Position numbers and translations under genes: made by a program | Part shown: positions 30,576 to 39,945 of the stretch, one piece after another | How positions within the stretch are numbered: position 1 is the first letter of the stretch | Layout: the number at the start of each line of letters is the position of its first letter | Origin: Candidatus Eiseniibacteriota bacterium | GTDB taxonomy: Bacteria; Eisenbacteria; RBG-16-71-46; JABDJR01; JAWXBZ01 | Direction of reading: 5' to 3' | Assembly (NCBI GenBank): GCA_034440375.1 | Contig: JAWXBZ010000218.1 | Location: 1 to 43,346, forward strand | DNA: 43,346 nt | Notes under the pieces: model-generated | Databases searched by the model: none | What the model was told of the DNA's origin: nothing | Seen by the model: the letters and a program-made list of their open reading frames with translations, nothing else

Positions 30576-31738
30576 GGCGCCGCCCGGCGCCCCTTCGATT
30601 GGTCGCGGCGCTCCTCACCGGCACCCTGATGATGGCCGCGGGGGAATCCCGTGCGAATCGCATTCTGATACCGGAAGAGATGTCGCTGTCGGCAGCGATC
30701 GACTTCGCCGTTCCCAACGACACACTCTCACTGGCACCTGGCACCTACGAGCGGACGCCCGACCCCTTCATCAAGGCCATCGTCATCGAGGGGCGGGTAC
30801 CGGACGATCCACCGGTCATCCGACGACTCGAGGCGGGCGAAGTCACCCTGCGGCATCTTCATTTTGAACCGGACGGGCCAAGCAGCTTGAACCCGATCCT
30901 GCTCCGTCTGCTTGGTTCGGCGCGTCTTGAGAGTTGCGTGTTTCAAGGATTTGGGATGACGGCCATCGACATCCGGGATGAAGTCGGTGAGCACGACTGG
31001 CTGGTCGTCATCGACAATTGTCGGTTCAGCGAACTCAACGTGGGGATCGAGGCCGTTCTCGTTCACGACGGAAGTCGGATCGAGATCCGTGACACGCTTT
31101 TTGAGTCCAGTTTCTTCGGTATCAATCTGGTCACACCGGCGCGCGACTGTCCGACGGAACCTGGGGCCGAACCGCCTCCGTTCGGTGGCGGACCGGCCCG
31201 GATCAAGCTGTCGCGAACAAATTTTTCCGGCATGGCCAACGCAACCATCCTGGCCAGAAATGCCGCCTGGGCTCTCGACCTGATCGATTGCACGATCGAG
31301 GAAAGTCCGCTTGGCATCTGGCTTGATCGCGCCGGGGCCCGCATGGATCGACTGGATCTGCGCGGGCTCGTCGGTTCGAGCACGGGAATTCGCGCCATAT
31401 CCAGTCGACTTGAGATGACCTCCAGCCGGGTGCATCAGCATGCCATCGGCATCGAGATGACGGACGCCGAAGGTTGCGAACGACCCGCCGGCGTTATCGG
31501 GGGAAGCCTCGTCGGTTCCTGCCGGCTGGATACGAATACCCAGAGCCTCGCGACAACACATCCAATCAACGCGGACTACAACTGGTGGGGCACGTTGATC
31601 TGTTCCGAAGCGCAGGAATTCATCCAGGGCGTCACGGTGCGTTTTCTCACCGACGCCACCGGCACGCAAATCATCGAGTGTCTGACGCCGGTTGAACCCG
31701 CCACCTGGAGCCGCATCAAGGCCCGTCTCGCTCCATGA
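30572..31738 (+). CDS. Secreted right-handed beta-helix (pectin-lyase-like fold) protein with a C-terminal TPVEPATWSRIK motif
   Basis: Signal peptide; SLSAAID.A...DTL.LAPGTY start typical of beta-helix proteins; repeated IDNC.F/IRDT.F strands; A.YNWWG; GTGA overlap with tldE. Confidence 0.7.
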   Translation: MRRRPAPLRLVAALLTGTLMMAAGESRANRILIPEEMSLSAAIDFAVPNDTLSLAPGTYERTPDPFIKAIVIEGRVPDDPPVIRRLEAGEVTLRHLHFEPDGPSSLNPILLRLLGSARLESCVFQGFGMTAIDIRDEVGEHDWLVVIDNCRFSELNVGIEAVLVHDGSRIEIRDTLFESSFFGINLVTPARDCPTEPGAEPPPFGGGPARIKLSRTNFSGMANATILARNAAWALDLIDCTIEESPLGIWLDRAGARMDRLDLRGLVGSSTGIRAISSRLEMTSSRVHQHAIGIEMTDAEGCERPAGVIGGSLVGSCRLDTNTQSLATTHPINADYNWWGTLICSEAQEFIQGVTVRFLTDATGTQIIECLTPVEPATWSRIKARLAP

Positions 31739-33483
31739 AGCAGCTGAATCGACTCGCGCCGTACCTGGCGCGCCACCGCCGTGAATTGATCCTGGGCGGT
31801 TTCGCGCTGCTTCTGACCAATGCCCTGAGTCTGGCGACGCCCTGGATCCTGAAGCAGGGAATCGACGGCTTGAGCGCCGACATCGATTCGAACCGGCTGC
31901 TTTTCCTGGCCGGACTCCTGGTCCTGGCCACGCTGCTGGCCGGGGTGGGTCGCTATTTCATGCGCCTCTGGATGATCGGCATGTCGCGGCGGATCGAGTA
32001 CGACATCCGGAACGATTTTTTCCGCCACCTTTCCACGCAATCGCCCGACTTTTACCAGCGTCACTCGACCGGCGATCTCATGGCCCTGGCCACCAACGAC
32101 CTGAGTGCCGTGCGCAACGTCCTTGGCCCGGGAATCATGCACGGCCTGAACACCTTTGTGACGTTGATCGGAACCCTGTCGCTCATGCTCGTCATCTCGC
32201 CCTGGCTCACCCTCGTGGCCATGATCCCGATGCCGCTCGTGTCGGTGGTCATGGGGCGGTTCGGCGCGCTCATTCACGACCGGTTCGAGGAAGTGCAGCG
32301 CCGGTTCGGCGAGATCACCGCGCGGGCCCAGGAGTACCTGGCCGGCATTCGCGTAGTGAAGGCGTACGTGCAGGAAGAAAAGGCCATGGCCGATTTCGAC
32401 CGAATGAACCGGGAGTTCGTGGGCGAGAACATGCGCCTGGTCCGGATCTGGGGCTTTTTCTATCCCTTCATGTCGTTTCTCTCCGGCGCCGCGGCGGCCA
32501 TCGTGCTGTATGTCGGTGGCCGCCAGGTCATCGCCGGCCAGATCACGCTGGGCGACTTCGTGGCCTTCAACACCTACCTCGTCATGCTGATCTGGCCGAT
32601 GATGGCCCTGGGATGGGTGGTCAATCTCGTTCAGCGCGGCGAGGCCTCGATGGGGCGTCTCAACGCGGTTCTCGATCAACCTCCGGCCATCGTCGACGGA
32701 CCGAATCCGGTATCGGGCCCGATCGAACGAGGTGAGATCATTTTCGAGAATGTCCGGTTCGCCTACCCGGGCCGGCCGGATCAAGAGGCCCTGGCCGGCA
32801 TCGACCTGGTGATCCCGGCCGGCTCGACGCTGGCCGTGGTCGGGTCCACCGGCAGCGGTAAGTCAACGCTGGTGCAGATGGTGCCCCGGCTGACTGACAC
32901 CACCACCGGCCGGATATTGATCGACGGCATCGACGTGCGGGAGCGGCGCCTGGCCGACATCCGCTCCGGCATCGGTTTCGTGCCACAGGAAACGTTTCTC
33001 TTTTCCGACACCGTGGCCGCCAACATTGCGCTGGGTGTCGAGGAAGCCACCGAGCGACAGATTCGCGAGATGGCGGAGGCGGTGCGCCTGTCGGTCGACA
33101 TCGACGAGTTTCCCGGCGGCTATGCAACGCTCGTCGGCGAGCGGGGCGTCACCCTTTCGGGGGGCCAGAAGCAACGGACGGCCATCGCCCGGGCCATCCT
33201 TCGGCGGCCCCGAATCCTGATCCTGGACGATGCGCTCTCCAGCGTCGACACGCGGACCGAGGAGGAAATCCTGCTGCGGATCCGCGAGGACATGCAGAGC
33301 CGGACGACACTCCTGGTTTCGCACCGGGTGTCGACCGTGCGCCATGCCGACCGGATCATCGTGCTGGAGCGGGGTCGCATCGTTGAATCGGGAACGCACG
33401 ACGAGCTCCTGGCGAAGAACGGGCGTTACGCCGATCTGGAACGTCGCCAGCGCCTGCGCGAGGAGATCGAGGCCACCGCATGA
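31735..33483 (+). CDS. ABC exporter half-transporter (TMD+NBD; MdlA/YheI-like)
   Basis: STGDLM, GIRVVKAY, Walker A GSTGSGKS, VPQETFLFS, LSGGQKQR, degenerate Walker B LILDDALSSVD. Confidence 0.92.
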   Translation: MKQLNRLAPYLARHRRELILGGFALLLTNALSLATPWILKQGIDGLSADIDSNRLLFLAGLLVLATLLAGVGRYFMRLWMIGMSRRIEYDIRNDFFRHLSTQSPDFYQRHSTGDLMALATNDLSAVRNVLGPGIMHGLNTFVTLIGTLSLMLVISPWLTLVAMIPMPLVSVVMGRFGALIHDRFEEVQRRFGEITARAQEYLAGIRVVKAYVQEEKAMADFDRMNREFVGENMRLVRIWGFFYPFMSFLSGAAAAIVLYVGGRQVIAGQITLGDFVAFNTYLVMLIWPMMALGWVVNLVQRGEASMGRLNAVLDQPPAIVDGPNPVSGPIERGEIIFENVRFAYPGRPDQEALAGIDLVIPAGSTLAVVGSTGSGKSTLVQMVPRLTDTTTGRILIDGIDVRERRLADIRSGIGFVPQETFLFSDTVAANIALGVEEATERQIREMAEAVRLSVDIDEFPGGYATLVGERGVTLSGGQKQRTAIARAILRRPRILILDDALSSVDTRTEEEILLRIREDMQSRTTLLVSHRVSTVRHADRIIVLERGRIVESGTHDELLAKNGRYADLERRQRLREEIEATA

Positions 33484-35294
33484 CGCCCGAAGCGCATCCC
33501 GAGGAGGAGATCACCGGCAAGGCGTTCGACCGCCGGCTGATGAGTCGATTACTTGGCTATCTCGCGCCGCACCGGGTGTCGGTGATCCTGGCCACCCTGG
33601 TTCTCCTCCTGACGTCCGCACTCGAACTGGTCGGCCCCTGGCTGACGCAGATGGCGATCGACGAAGCCATTCCCGCCCGCGACTATGATCGGCTGCTGAT
33701 CCTGACGCTGGCCTTCTTCGGCGCGCTGGCCGGGGCCCTGCTGTTCACCTGGTTCCAGACCTGGATCATGCAACGGGTCGGTCAACTGGTGATGTACGAC
33801 ATGCGCCGGAAGATCTTCAGCCACCAGATGGGGATGTCCAGCGCCTGGTTCGATCGAAATCCGGTCGGTCGGATGTTGACGCGGCTGACCACCGACGTGG
33901 ACGTCCTGAACGAAATGCTGACCTCGGGAGTGGTGGCCCTGTTCGGCGACCTGGTGACACTCTTCGGCATCCTCGGCATCATGTTCTGGCTCGACTGGCG
34001 TTTGACGCTGGCCACCCTGGTGGTGATGCCGCTGCTTGTCCTCGTGACCGCCTGGTTCCGCCGGGGCGTCCGGGAAACCTACCGGCTGGTCCGCACCCGT
34101 ATAGCCCGGATCAACACTTTCCTGCAGGAAAACATCACCGGCATGTCGGTGGTGCAGATCTTCGGCCGCGAAGCGCACCGCAACCGGCATTTCGACCGGC
34201 TCAACGCCGACCACCTCGACGCCCACATCCAATCGATCTTCTATTACGCCGTCTTTTACCCGCTGGTCGAATTGATCTCGGCCATCGCGCTGGCGCTGGT
34301 CCTCTGGTACGGCGGAATCCGGCTGCTGGGGGCCTCGAGCGATGCCGCGCCGCTGACGCTGGGCGTCCTGGTGGCCTTCATCCAGTACGTCCGCCGATTC
34401 TACCGGCCGATCATGGACCTGTCGGAAAAGTACAACATCCTCCAGTCGGCCATGGCATCGGCCGAGCGGATCTTTCGGCTGCTCGACACGGAGGACCGGA
34501 TCCCGGCCCCGGAACCACCCGCGGCATGGGAAGGGTTTCATGAGTCAATTGAATTTCGAAATGTCTGGTTCGCATACAAGGGCGAGGACTGGATTCTTCG
34601 CGATGTTTCGTTCACCGTCCGCCATGGCGAGACAGTGGCCCTGGTTGGCGCCACCGGCTCGGGCAAGACGACCATCATCTCGCTCCTCTGCCGCTTCTAC
34701 GACATCCGGAAGGGATCGATCCTGATTGACGGACACGACATCCGAACGCTGGATCTCCAAAAGCTGCGGCGTTCGATCGGCCTCGTACAACAGGATATCT
34801 TCCTCTTCAGCGGAACGATCGCCGACAATGTGCGACTGGGCGACAACGACATCACGGTGGAAGCGGTGGCGGAGGCCGTCCGGCACGTCAATGCCGCCGG
34901 TTTCATCGAGGCCATTCCGGGAGGTCTGCAGGCGAGACTCGGCGAACGGGGCGCCTCGCTCTCCACCGGCCAGAAGCAACTGCTCGCGTTCGCCAGGGCG
35001 CTGGCGCATCGTCCATCGCTACTGGTGCTGGACGAGGCCACCTCGAGCGTCGATACCGAGACGGAGCAGTTGATCCAGGTGGCCCTGCACCGTTTGTTGA
35101 CCGGGCGCACCTCGATCGTCATTGCCCACCGGCTGTCAACGATTCAGGACGCCGACCGGATCATGGTTCTGCACCGGGGACAGCTCCGGGAGCAGGGTTC
35201 GCACCGCGAACTGCTTCGGCAGGGGGGGCTCTACTTCAAGCTGTACCAGCTCCAGTACAAGGACCAGGAGATCGGGACGCGGAGCGAGGCCTGA
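33480..35294 (+). CDS. ABC exporter half-transporter (TMD+NBD; MdlB/YheH-like), heterodimer partner
   Basis: GR.LTR.T.DV, GATGSGKTT, degenerate signature LSTGQKQ, LVLDEATSSVD, IAHRLST; ATGA overlap. Confidence 0.92.
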   Translation: MTPEAHPEEEITGKAFDRRLMSRLLGYLAPHRVSVILATLVLLLTSALELVGPWLTQMAIDEAIPARDYDRLLILTLAFFGALAGALLFTWFQTWIMQRVGQLVMYDMRRKIFSHQMGMSSAWFDRNPVGRMLTRLTTDVDVLNEMLTSGVVALFGDLVTLFGILGIMFWLDWRLTLATLVVMPLLVLVTAWFRRGVRETYRLVRTRIARINTFLQENITGMSVVQIFGREAHRNRHFDRLNADHLDAHIQSIFYYAVFYPLVELISAIALALVLWYGGIRLLGASSDAAPLTLGVLVAFIQYVRRFYRPIMDLSEKYNILQSAMASAERIFRLLDTEDRIPAPEPPAAWEGFHESIEFRNVWFAYKGEDWILRDVSFTVRHGETVALVGATGSGKTTIISLLCRFYDIRKGSILIDGHDIRTLDLQKLRRSIGLVQQDIFLFSGTIADNVRLGDNDITVEAVAEAVRHVNAAGFIEAIPGGLQARLGERGASLSTGQKQLLAFARALAHRPSLLVLDEATSSVDTETEQLIQVALHRLLTGRTSIVIAHRLSTIQDADRIMVLHRGQLREQGSHRELLRQGGLYFKLYQLQYKDQEIGTRSEA

Positions 35295-35312
35295 CGATCC
35301 CTTTCGGGATCG
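35295..35312. terminator. Hairpin between convergent genes (possible bidirectional terminator or stabiliser)
   Basis: CGATCCC-TTTC-GGGATCG: perfect 7-bp stem, GAAA loop on the minus strand, no U tract. Confidence 0.45.
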
Positions 35313-35313
35313 A

Positions 35314-37827
35314 TCACGGGCTCAGGATCATCCGCCGTGTCGACACCGTTTCACCCGCCTCGAAGCGATAGAAGTAGACGCCAGAGGCTGCCGGACGGCC
35401 ATTGTCTCCGGTGCCGTCCCAGCCGACTTCGTGCCACCCCGCGTCGAACGGCTCATCCAGCAGGCGTCGAACCAATCGTCCGGACGGTGACACGATCGTC
35501 AGCCGCACCTTCTCCGCCGCCGAAAGGCCGAAGCTGATCACCGTGAGTCTCTGGAATGGGTTCGGGGAGTTCGGCAACAGCGTGGGATGGAGCGGCGGCG
35601 CCGACAGCCCGGGTGCCGCCGACAGCGCCGTGATGGAAAAGACCGCGTCGCTCATGTCGAAGGCCAGGTTCACGGCATCGTGGGCCGTCACCCGGACGAG
35701 GCCCTGCATGGTGGTGACATTCGGAATCGACCAGAGATAGTTGCCGTCGTTCGGCTCGCCGTTCGCGATCGTGGTCCAGTTGGCGCCGTTATTCGTGGAG
35801 TAGGCCAGGTCGACGCCAGTCACGGCAACGTTATCGGAGGCCGTCCAGGTGATGCCCTGAGTGCCACCTTCGAGCAACACTCCTCCGCCGTTGGGCGCCA
35901 GCACTGCCACCACCGGCGCTACCAGGTCAACCCGAAGCATCCGAAGCTTGCCGGCTCCCCAGCTGGCATTGGGCACCGCGCCGGTGAAGCCGTCGACGAG
36001 CGCGTCCGCGGCCAGTTTGGCCTTGACCTGGGCCGGTGTCATGGTCGGATTGTCGGCCAGGTAGAGGGCCACCCCTCCGGCCACGTGCGGCGACGACATG
36101 CTCGTCCCCTGCTGCGTGAAGTGAACGCCGTCCGGATTGATCAACGGATTGCTGATGCCCGTTGTCGCCGTCGAGCGCGACGAAACAATGGCCGTGCCGG
36201 GCCCGGTAATGTCGGGCTTCATGACGCCGTCGCGGCGTGGACCGGGGCTGGAAAACCCGGCCAGCATGCCGGCGGACGTGGCGCCGACAAAAGAGTAGTT
36301 GCCAGTATCGATGGACGGCCAGCTCTGCCTGGAAGTGAACGCGCCGACGGTCACGACATCGGTGCCGGTTCCGGGGCTGCCGATCAGCTCGGCATTATCG
36401 ACGTCGGAAGTGAAGGTTACGGCCGCGCCGGTCGTGCCCAGGCTGAAGTCAGCCAGCCAGAGATCGCACTCGGTCGAGGCATTCGTCGAGACCGGCGTCA
36501 ACGTGATGGTCCAGACGCCGGCCCGCGGCGGCCGGGCCGCATTCGAGTCGTAGACCTGGATGAAGATGTTCTGGGCGCCCGAAGCCGAGGGGGTCAGGCC
36601 GTTCTCGACATAGATGTTTCCCGCCAGAGACGCCGCGCTTCCGCCATTCAGGCCTTTGGCGACCGGGCCAACCGTGACTGGCGAGGGCCCGGGCGAGGTC
36701 AGCGTGACGCTCATGTTGTCCGGCCCGTTGTAGAAGGCGTCGATCAGTATGTAATCGTTGCCGGCGCCGCCGGCGGCCGTGAACGCGGGCACATTGACGG
36801 TGACGGTTGACGCCGGGCCGGGCGGAACGAGCTGCTCGGCGTGCCGACCCGTGTTCCCCTCGTTGCCGGCGCTGGCCACCACGATCTTGCCCGGGCCGGT
36901 CAGGGAGCTGATGCCCGTGTCCAGCCCTTCGGTCCCGTCATGCGAACCGTACTGGCTACCCAGCGACAGGTTGACGACCGCCGGGCGGCCGAGCGCAGCC
37001 GCCCGCTGGAAGATGTAGTTGACACCGTCGATGACACCGTTTCCGCTGAAATTGGTAGCCACCACGATGATGTCGGCCCGGGGAGCCATGCCGATGAACC
37101 GATTGGCCGGCTGGCCGTTTCCGGTGGCCGACCCGTCACCGGCGGCACTGCCGGTGACATGTGTACCGTGGCCACTCGCATCCGTTTCGGTGCAGGTACC
37201 GGCGTTGATCTGCGCCTGCGTGCACTCGTTCCCGTATCCGAAACCGGCCGGTGGCGCGCCGGCGCTGTTCTGATCCCAGATGCTCAGGATTCGGGTGGTG
37301 TTATCCGGATTCCTGAAATCACCGTGGCTCCAATCCACGCCCGAATCGACGATACCGACGATGACGTTGGCGCCGGCCGAACCGGTGAAATTGGGGGAGG
37401 CGGCGCTCCAGTAGTTGGGCGTTGCGAGCGTGCCGGGCACCGATGCATCGTGGAGCGGCTTGAGCGGTCGGGAGGCCACGATTCGGGAGAGGCCCGGCAT
37501 GGCCCTCACCTCGTCGAGGCGGGAGAGTGGCACCCGGACCGTGCGGACATTGTTCGACAACCGGCTGCCGATCACCACGCCCAGAGCCTCGAGCTCGACA
37601 TCGGAGGCGTTACCCTCGACCATCAGGTCGATGACCGGACCGGTGCCCGGCTGATCGTGGAGTACGAGACCCGGAGGAACCGGGTCCGAATCGTTCAACA
37701 GGGCGAGGCCCGGCGATTGGATGGGCCGGGCAAACACCGTGAGTGGAAAGTCGAGGACGAAGACCAGTACCGGGATAAGTGCGATCAGCCGTCGGAAAGT
37801 TGTCGGGAGCAGGGGTCGCAGGGTCAC
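35314..37827 (-). CDS. Secreted S8 (subtilisin-like) serine protease with an inserted domain, an Ig-like domain and a C-terminal FlgD/T9SS-like domain
   Basis: Triad IVDSG / HGTHVTG / GTSMSSPHVAG, oxyanion SAGNEG, FSSPGP..DG..KPDI; tail PNPF...WDG....GRPAASGVYFYR; GTG 37827 with GGAGG. Confidence 0.92.
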   Translation of the reverse strand: MTLRPLLPTTFRRLIALIPVLVFVLDFPLTVFARPIQSPGLALLNDSDPVPPGLVLHDQPGTGPVIDLMVEGNASDVELEALGVVIGSRLSNNVRTVRVPLSRLDEVRAMPGLSRIVASRPLKPLHDASVPGTLATPNYWSAASPNFTGSAGANVIVGIVDSGVDWSHGDFRNPDNTTRILSIWDQNSAGAPPAGFGYGNECTQAQINAGTCTETDASGHGTHVTGSAAGDGSATGNGQPANRFIGMAPRADIIVVATNFSGNGVIDGVNYIFQRAAALGRPAVVNLSLGSQYGSHDGTEGLDTGISSLTGPGKIVVASAGNEGNTGRHAEQLVPPGPASTVTVNVPAFTAAGGAGNDYILIDAFYNGPDNMSVTLTSPGPSPVTVGPVAKGLNGGSAASLAGNIYVENGLTPSASGAQNIFIQVYDSNAARPPRAGVWTITLTPVSTNASTECDLWLADFSLGTTGAAVTFTSDVDNAELIGSPGTGTDVVTVGAFTSRQSWPSIDTGNYSFVGATSAGMLAGFSSPGPRRDGVMKPDITGPGTAIVSSRSTATTGISNPLINPDGVHFTQQGTSMSSPHVAGGVALYLADNPTMTPAQVKAKLAADALVDGFTGAVPNASWGAGKLRMLRVDLVAPVVAVLAPNGGGVLLEGGTQGITWTASDNVAVTGVDLAYSTNNGANWTTIANGEPNDGNYLWSIPNVTTMQGLVRVTAHDAVNLAFDMSDAVFSITALSAAPGLSAPPLHPTLLPNSPNPFQRLTVISFGLSAAEKVRLTIVSPSGRLVRRLLDEPFDAGWHEVGWDGTGDNGRPAASGVYFYRFEAGETVSTRRMILSP

Positions 37828-38024
37828 GAGAACCTCCAGAAGTTCGATGTCGGCACGGACACGAGGCCGACGGTCGCAACAAGCTTCAAACAAGTTGTCG
37901 GCCGGAAGGTTCGCGGAATGATCGAATCAGTGGTTTCATCGAGCCAAATGGCAACGCGTTACGAGCAGGCTCGATTCTTAAGATCGGGTGCACGGACCCG
38001 ATCATTGCGAATCGATTGGCGCTG

Positions 38025-39878
38025 CTAGCTGGCGCCGCTCGATCCACCGCCGGAGGCGCCCCCCGAACTGCCACCGCTGAAGCCGCCGCCGGAGCTGGTG
38101 GAGGACGAGAGGGCGCTCTCCACCGCCTTGAGGTTGGCCTGCAGGCTCGCCAGGTTGGCCTGGATTGAATCCAGATTTTGCGTCACCGACCCCAGACGGT
38201 TCAGGTCATGGCCGGTCAGGATCCAGGCCGGCGTCACGAACCGGTCGGGTTCCTGCTCCATCAGTTTCTTCAGATTGGCCAGGTAGCTCTTCGACACGCC
38301 GAGCGCCGTGGCGTAAACAAAATGGTAATCCCACAGCTTGTAGTGTTCGGCCGGGGCGTCCTTCATGGCCGAGAAGTCGGACAGAAATCTCCGGTACGCC
38401 TGCCACTGCCGGGCCCTTCGCAGTGGCCCGGGCCGCCACTTCGGGATTCCGGCACCGCAGATCACGCCGAAGAGGCCGGCCGTTACGCCGGCCAGGATGC
38501 CTGTGACGAAGACAACCGGGTTGTTGCTGAACGCGCCGACCAGTATCAAACCGGACATGAGGGCGATGCCGCCGCCAATCAGGAGAAACATCCACCCGCC
38601 ATGATTGCCGACAAGCAGGGTCTCCTTCTCCTGTTCGTACCAGGCCCGTGGGTTCGCCACCCAGTTCTGCATCCAGGTCGGGTTCTTTCGGAAGAACTTT
38701 TCCATTTCGTCCGGCTTGACCCGGTCATCGCTCAGCCGCGCCTCTTCCAGCATTCGCCAGGCATCCCGCTCGAACGGGGTCAGTTCGTCGCCCACGGGCG
38801 GTCGGGCCAGGACAAAGTCAACTTCGCGCCCCCCGCCGAAAACGAGAAGTTTCGGCTTCTCGCGTTCCTCCAGTTGAACAAACCCCCGTCGGGCAAAGTC
38901 GAGGAGCGTGGCGCCGAAAGCCTGGGGCCCGGCGCTGACGCCCGGTGGCGACTGATCGAGAAGAAACGGCACCGCGCCGGGTGGAATTTCCTCCGGGGGC
39001 TCGCGAAAATACTCGCCGATGCCCGCCACATCCGGCTCGACCCCGTACGCGCGGTACGTGCGGAAGGCCCACCAGGAAAAGGCACCCGCCAGGAGGCAGA
39101 GCAACGGCGCAAGGACCGTCGGAAAGGGTGGGCGCGGCGGACGCGAAGCACCACCCGATTCCCGAAGAGTTTTGCGGACATTGTCGCGGTAGCTTTGTGT
39201 TTCCACGGAGGTTTCGCGGAGCCATTCCTCGTATCGGGCTTTAGTCCCCTGCGCGAGGGCGGGCACCCGGGCGGGATCGAACAAAACGCGTGCCCGCACC
39301 CACTCATCCCCTGACAGCGACATGAGCGTGACATTGGCCCGACCCGAATCGGCCTTCACATCCATTTCACCGACCCGGCCACGCTCGGTGATGAGGAAGA
39401 CCTTGAAGAGTTCGGCCGGGCCCGGGAGAAGTACCGTCAGATCGTATGAGTCGACGACGGCATGTTCCTCCTCGAGGACCATGCGGTCGAAGAGCGCCGC
39501 GTCGGTCGCCCGTGTGATCTCGCCGGTCAGCTGATAGTGAATGGCGAATGTCCGGATCTCGTCCCGGGCGTCATATTGCCAGTGGATCGCATTGTCCTCG
39601 ACGCGCACGTTACGGATCGATCCGCCGTCGGCGGCCCGAACGTCGACCAGTCGTCCCTCGCCACCGGAACGGGGAGTCATCGGCACGAAAGCATTGTGGA
39701 ATTCGCCGTCGAAGCGGTACTCGCGGATGTCGACGACATCAACCGTCCCATCGGGGAGGATCGACACCACCTGGCGGATCGACGCGTATCGATACGACTT
39801 GGCCCCGGCCGTCGCCCCGAAGGGGAGGAATACGGCCAGGGCCAGAAGAATCGCCAAAGGTTGGATGCGGATCATCAC
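38025..39878 (-). CDS. DUF2207-family membrane protein
   Basis: Signal peptide, I.PDGTV.V....YRFDG, ATLLD.ARRG, W.AYRRFLSDFS, LWD...VYATALGV, Ser/Gly-rich C-terminus. Confidence 0.82.
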   Translation of the reverse strand: MMIRIQPLAILLALAVFLPFGATAGAKSYRYASIRQVVSILPDGTVDVVDIREYRFDGEFHNAFVPMTPRSGGEGRLVDVRAADGGSIRNVRVEDNAIHWQYDARDEIRTFAIHYQLTGEITRATDAALFDRMVLEEEHAVVDSYDLTVLLPGPAELFKVFLITERGRVGEMDVKADSGRANVTLMSLSGDEWVRARVLFDPARVPALAQGTKARYEEWLRETSVETQSYRDNVRKTLRESGGASRPPRPPFPTVLAPLLCLLAGAFSWWAFRTYRAYGVEPDVAGIGEYFREPPEEIPPGAVPFLLDQSPPGVSAGPQAFGATLLDFARRGFVQLEEREKPKLLVFGGGREVDFVLARPPVGDELTPFERDAWRMLEEARLSDDRVKPDEMEKFFRKNPTWMQNWVANPRAWYEQEKETLLVGNHGGWMFLLIGGGIALMSGLILVGAFSNNPVVFVTGILAGVTAGLFGVICGAGIPKWRPGPLRRARQWQAYRRFLSDFSAMKDAPAEHYKLWDYHFVYATALGVSKSYLANLKKLMEQEPDRFVTPAWILTGHDLNRLGSVTQNLDSIQANLASLQANLKAVESALSSSTSSGGGFSGGSSGGASGGGSSGAS

Positions 39879-39884
39879 GTCGGA

Positions 39885-39913
39885 ACGTTAGCCGCTGGCG
39901 TCGTCGGGATCAA
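39885..39913 (-). promoter_or_regulatory. Putative sigma70 promoter giving a leaderless DUF2207 mRNA
   Basis: Minus strand TTGATC (39913-39908), 17 nt, TAACGT (39890-39885), 6 nt, GTG 39878; no SD. Confidence 0.5.
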
Positions 39914-39945
39914 CGGGCGGGACGTTCGGTGCGAGGCGACCAGCG

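Noticed and set aside
27810-35294. RiPP (microcin B17-like) biosynthetic cluster
   Set aside because: No YcaO, radical SAM, lanthipeptide enzyme or precursor peptide is visible; TldDE plus ABC alone is insufficient.
37830-38024. Intergenic region upstream of the S8 protease as a possible ncRNA or riboswitch (AACAAG repeats)
   Set aside because: No recognisable conserved RNA motif or convincing stem; an Rfam search would be needed.
35587-38028. Plus-strand ORFs of 407 and 395 aa
   Set aside because: Antisense shadows of the S8 protease gene.
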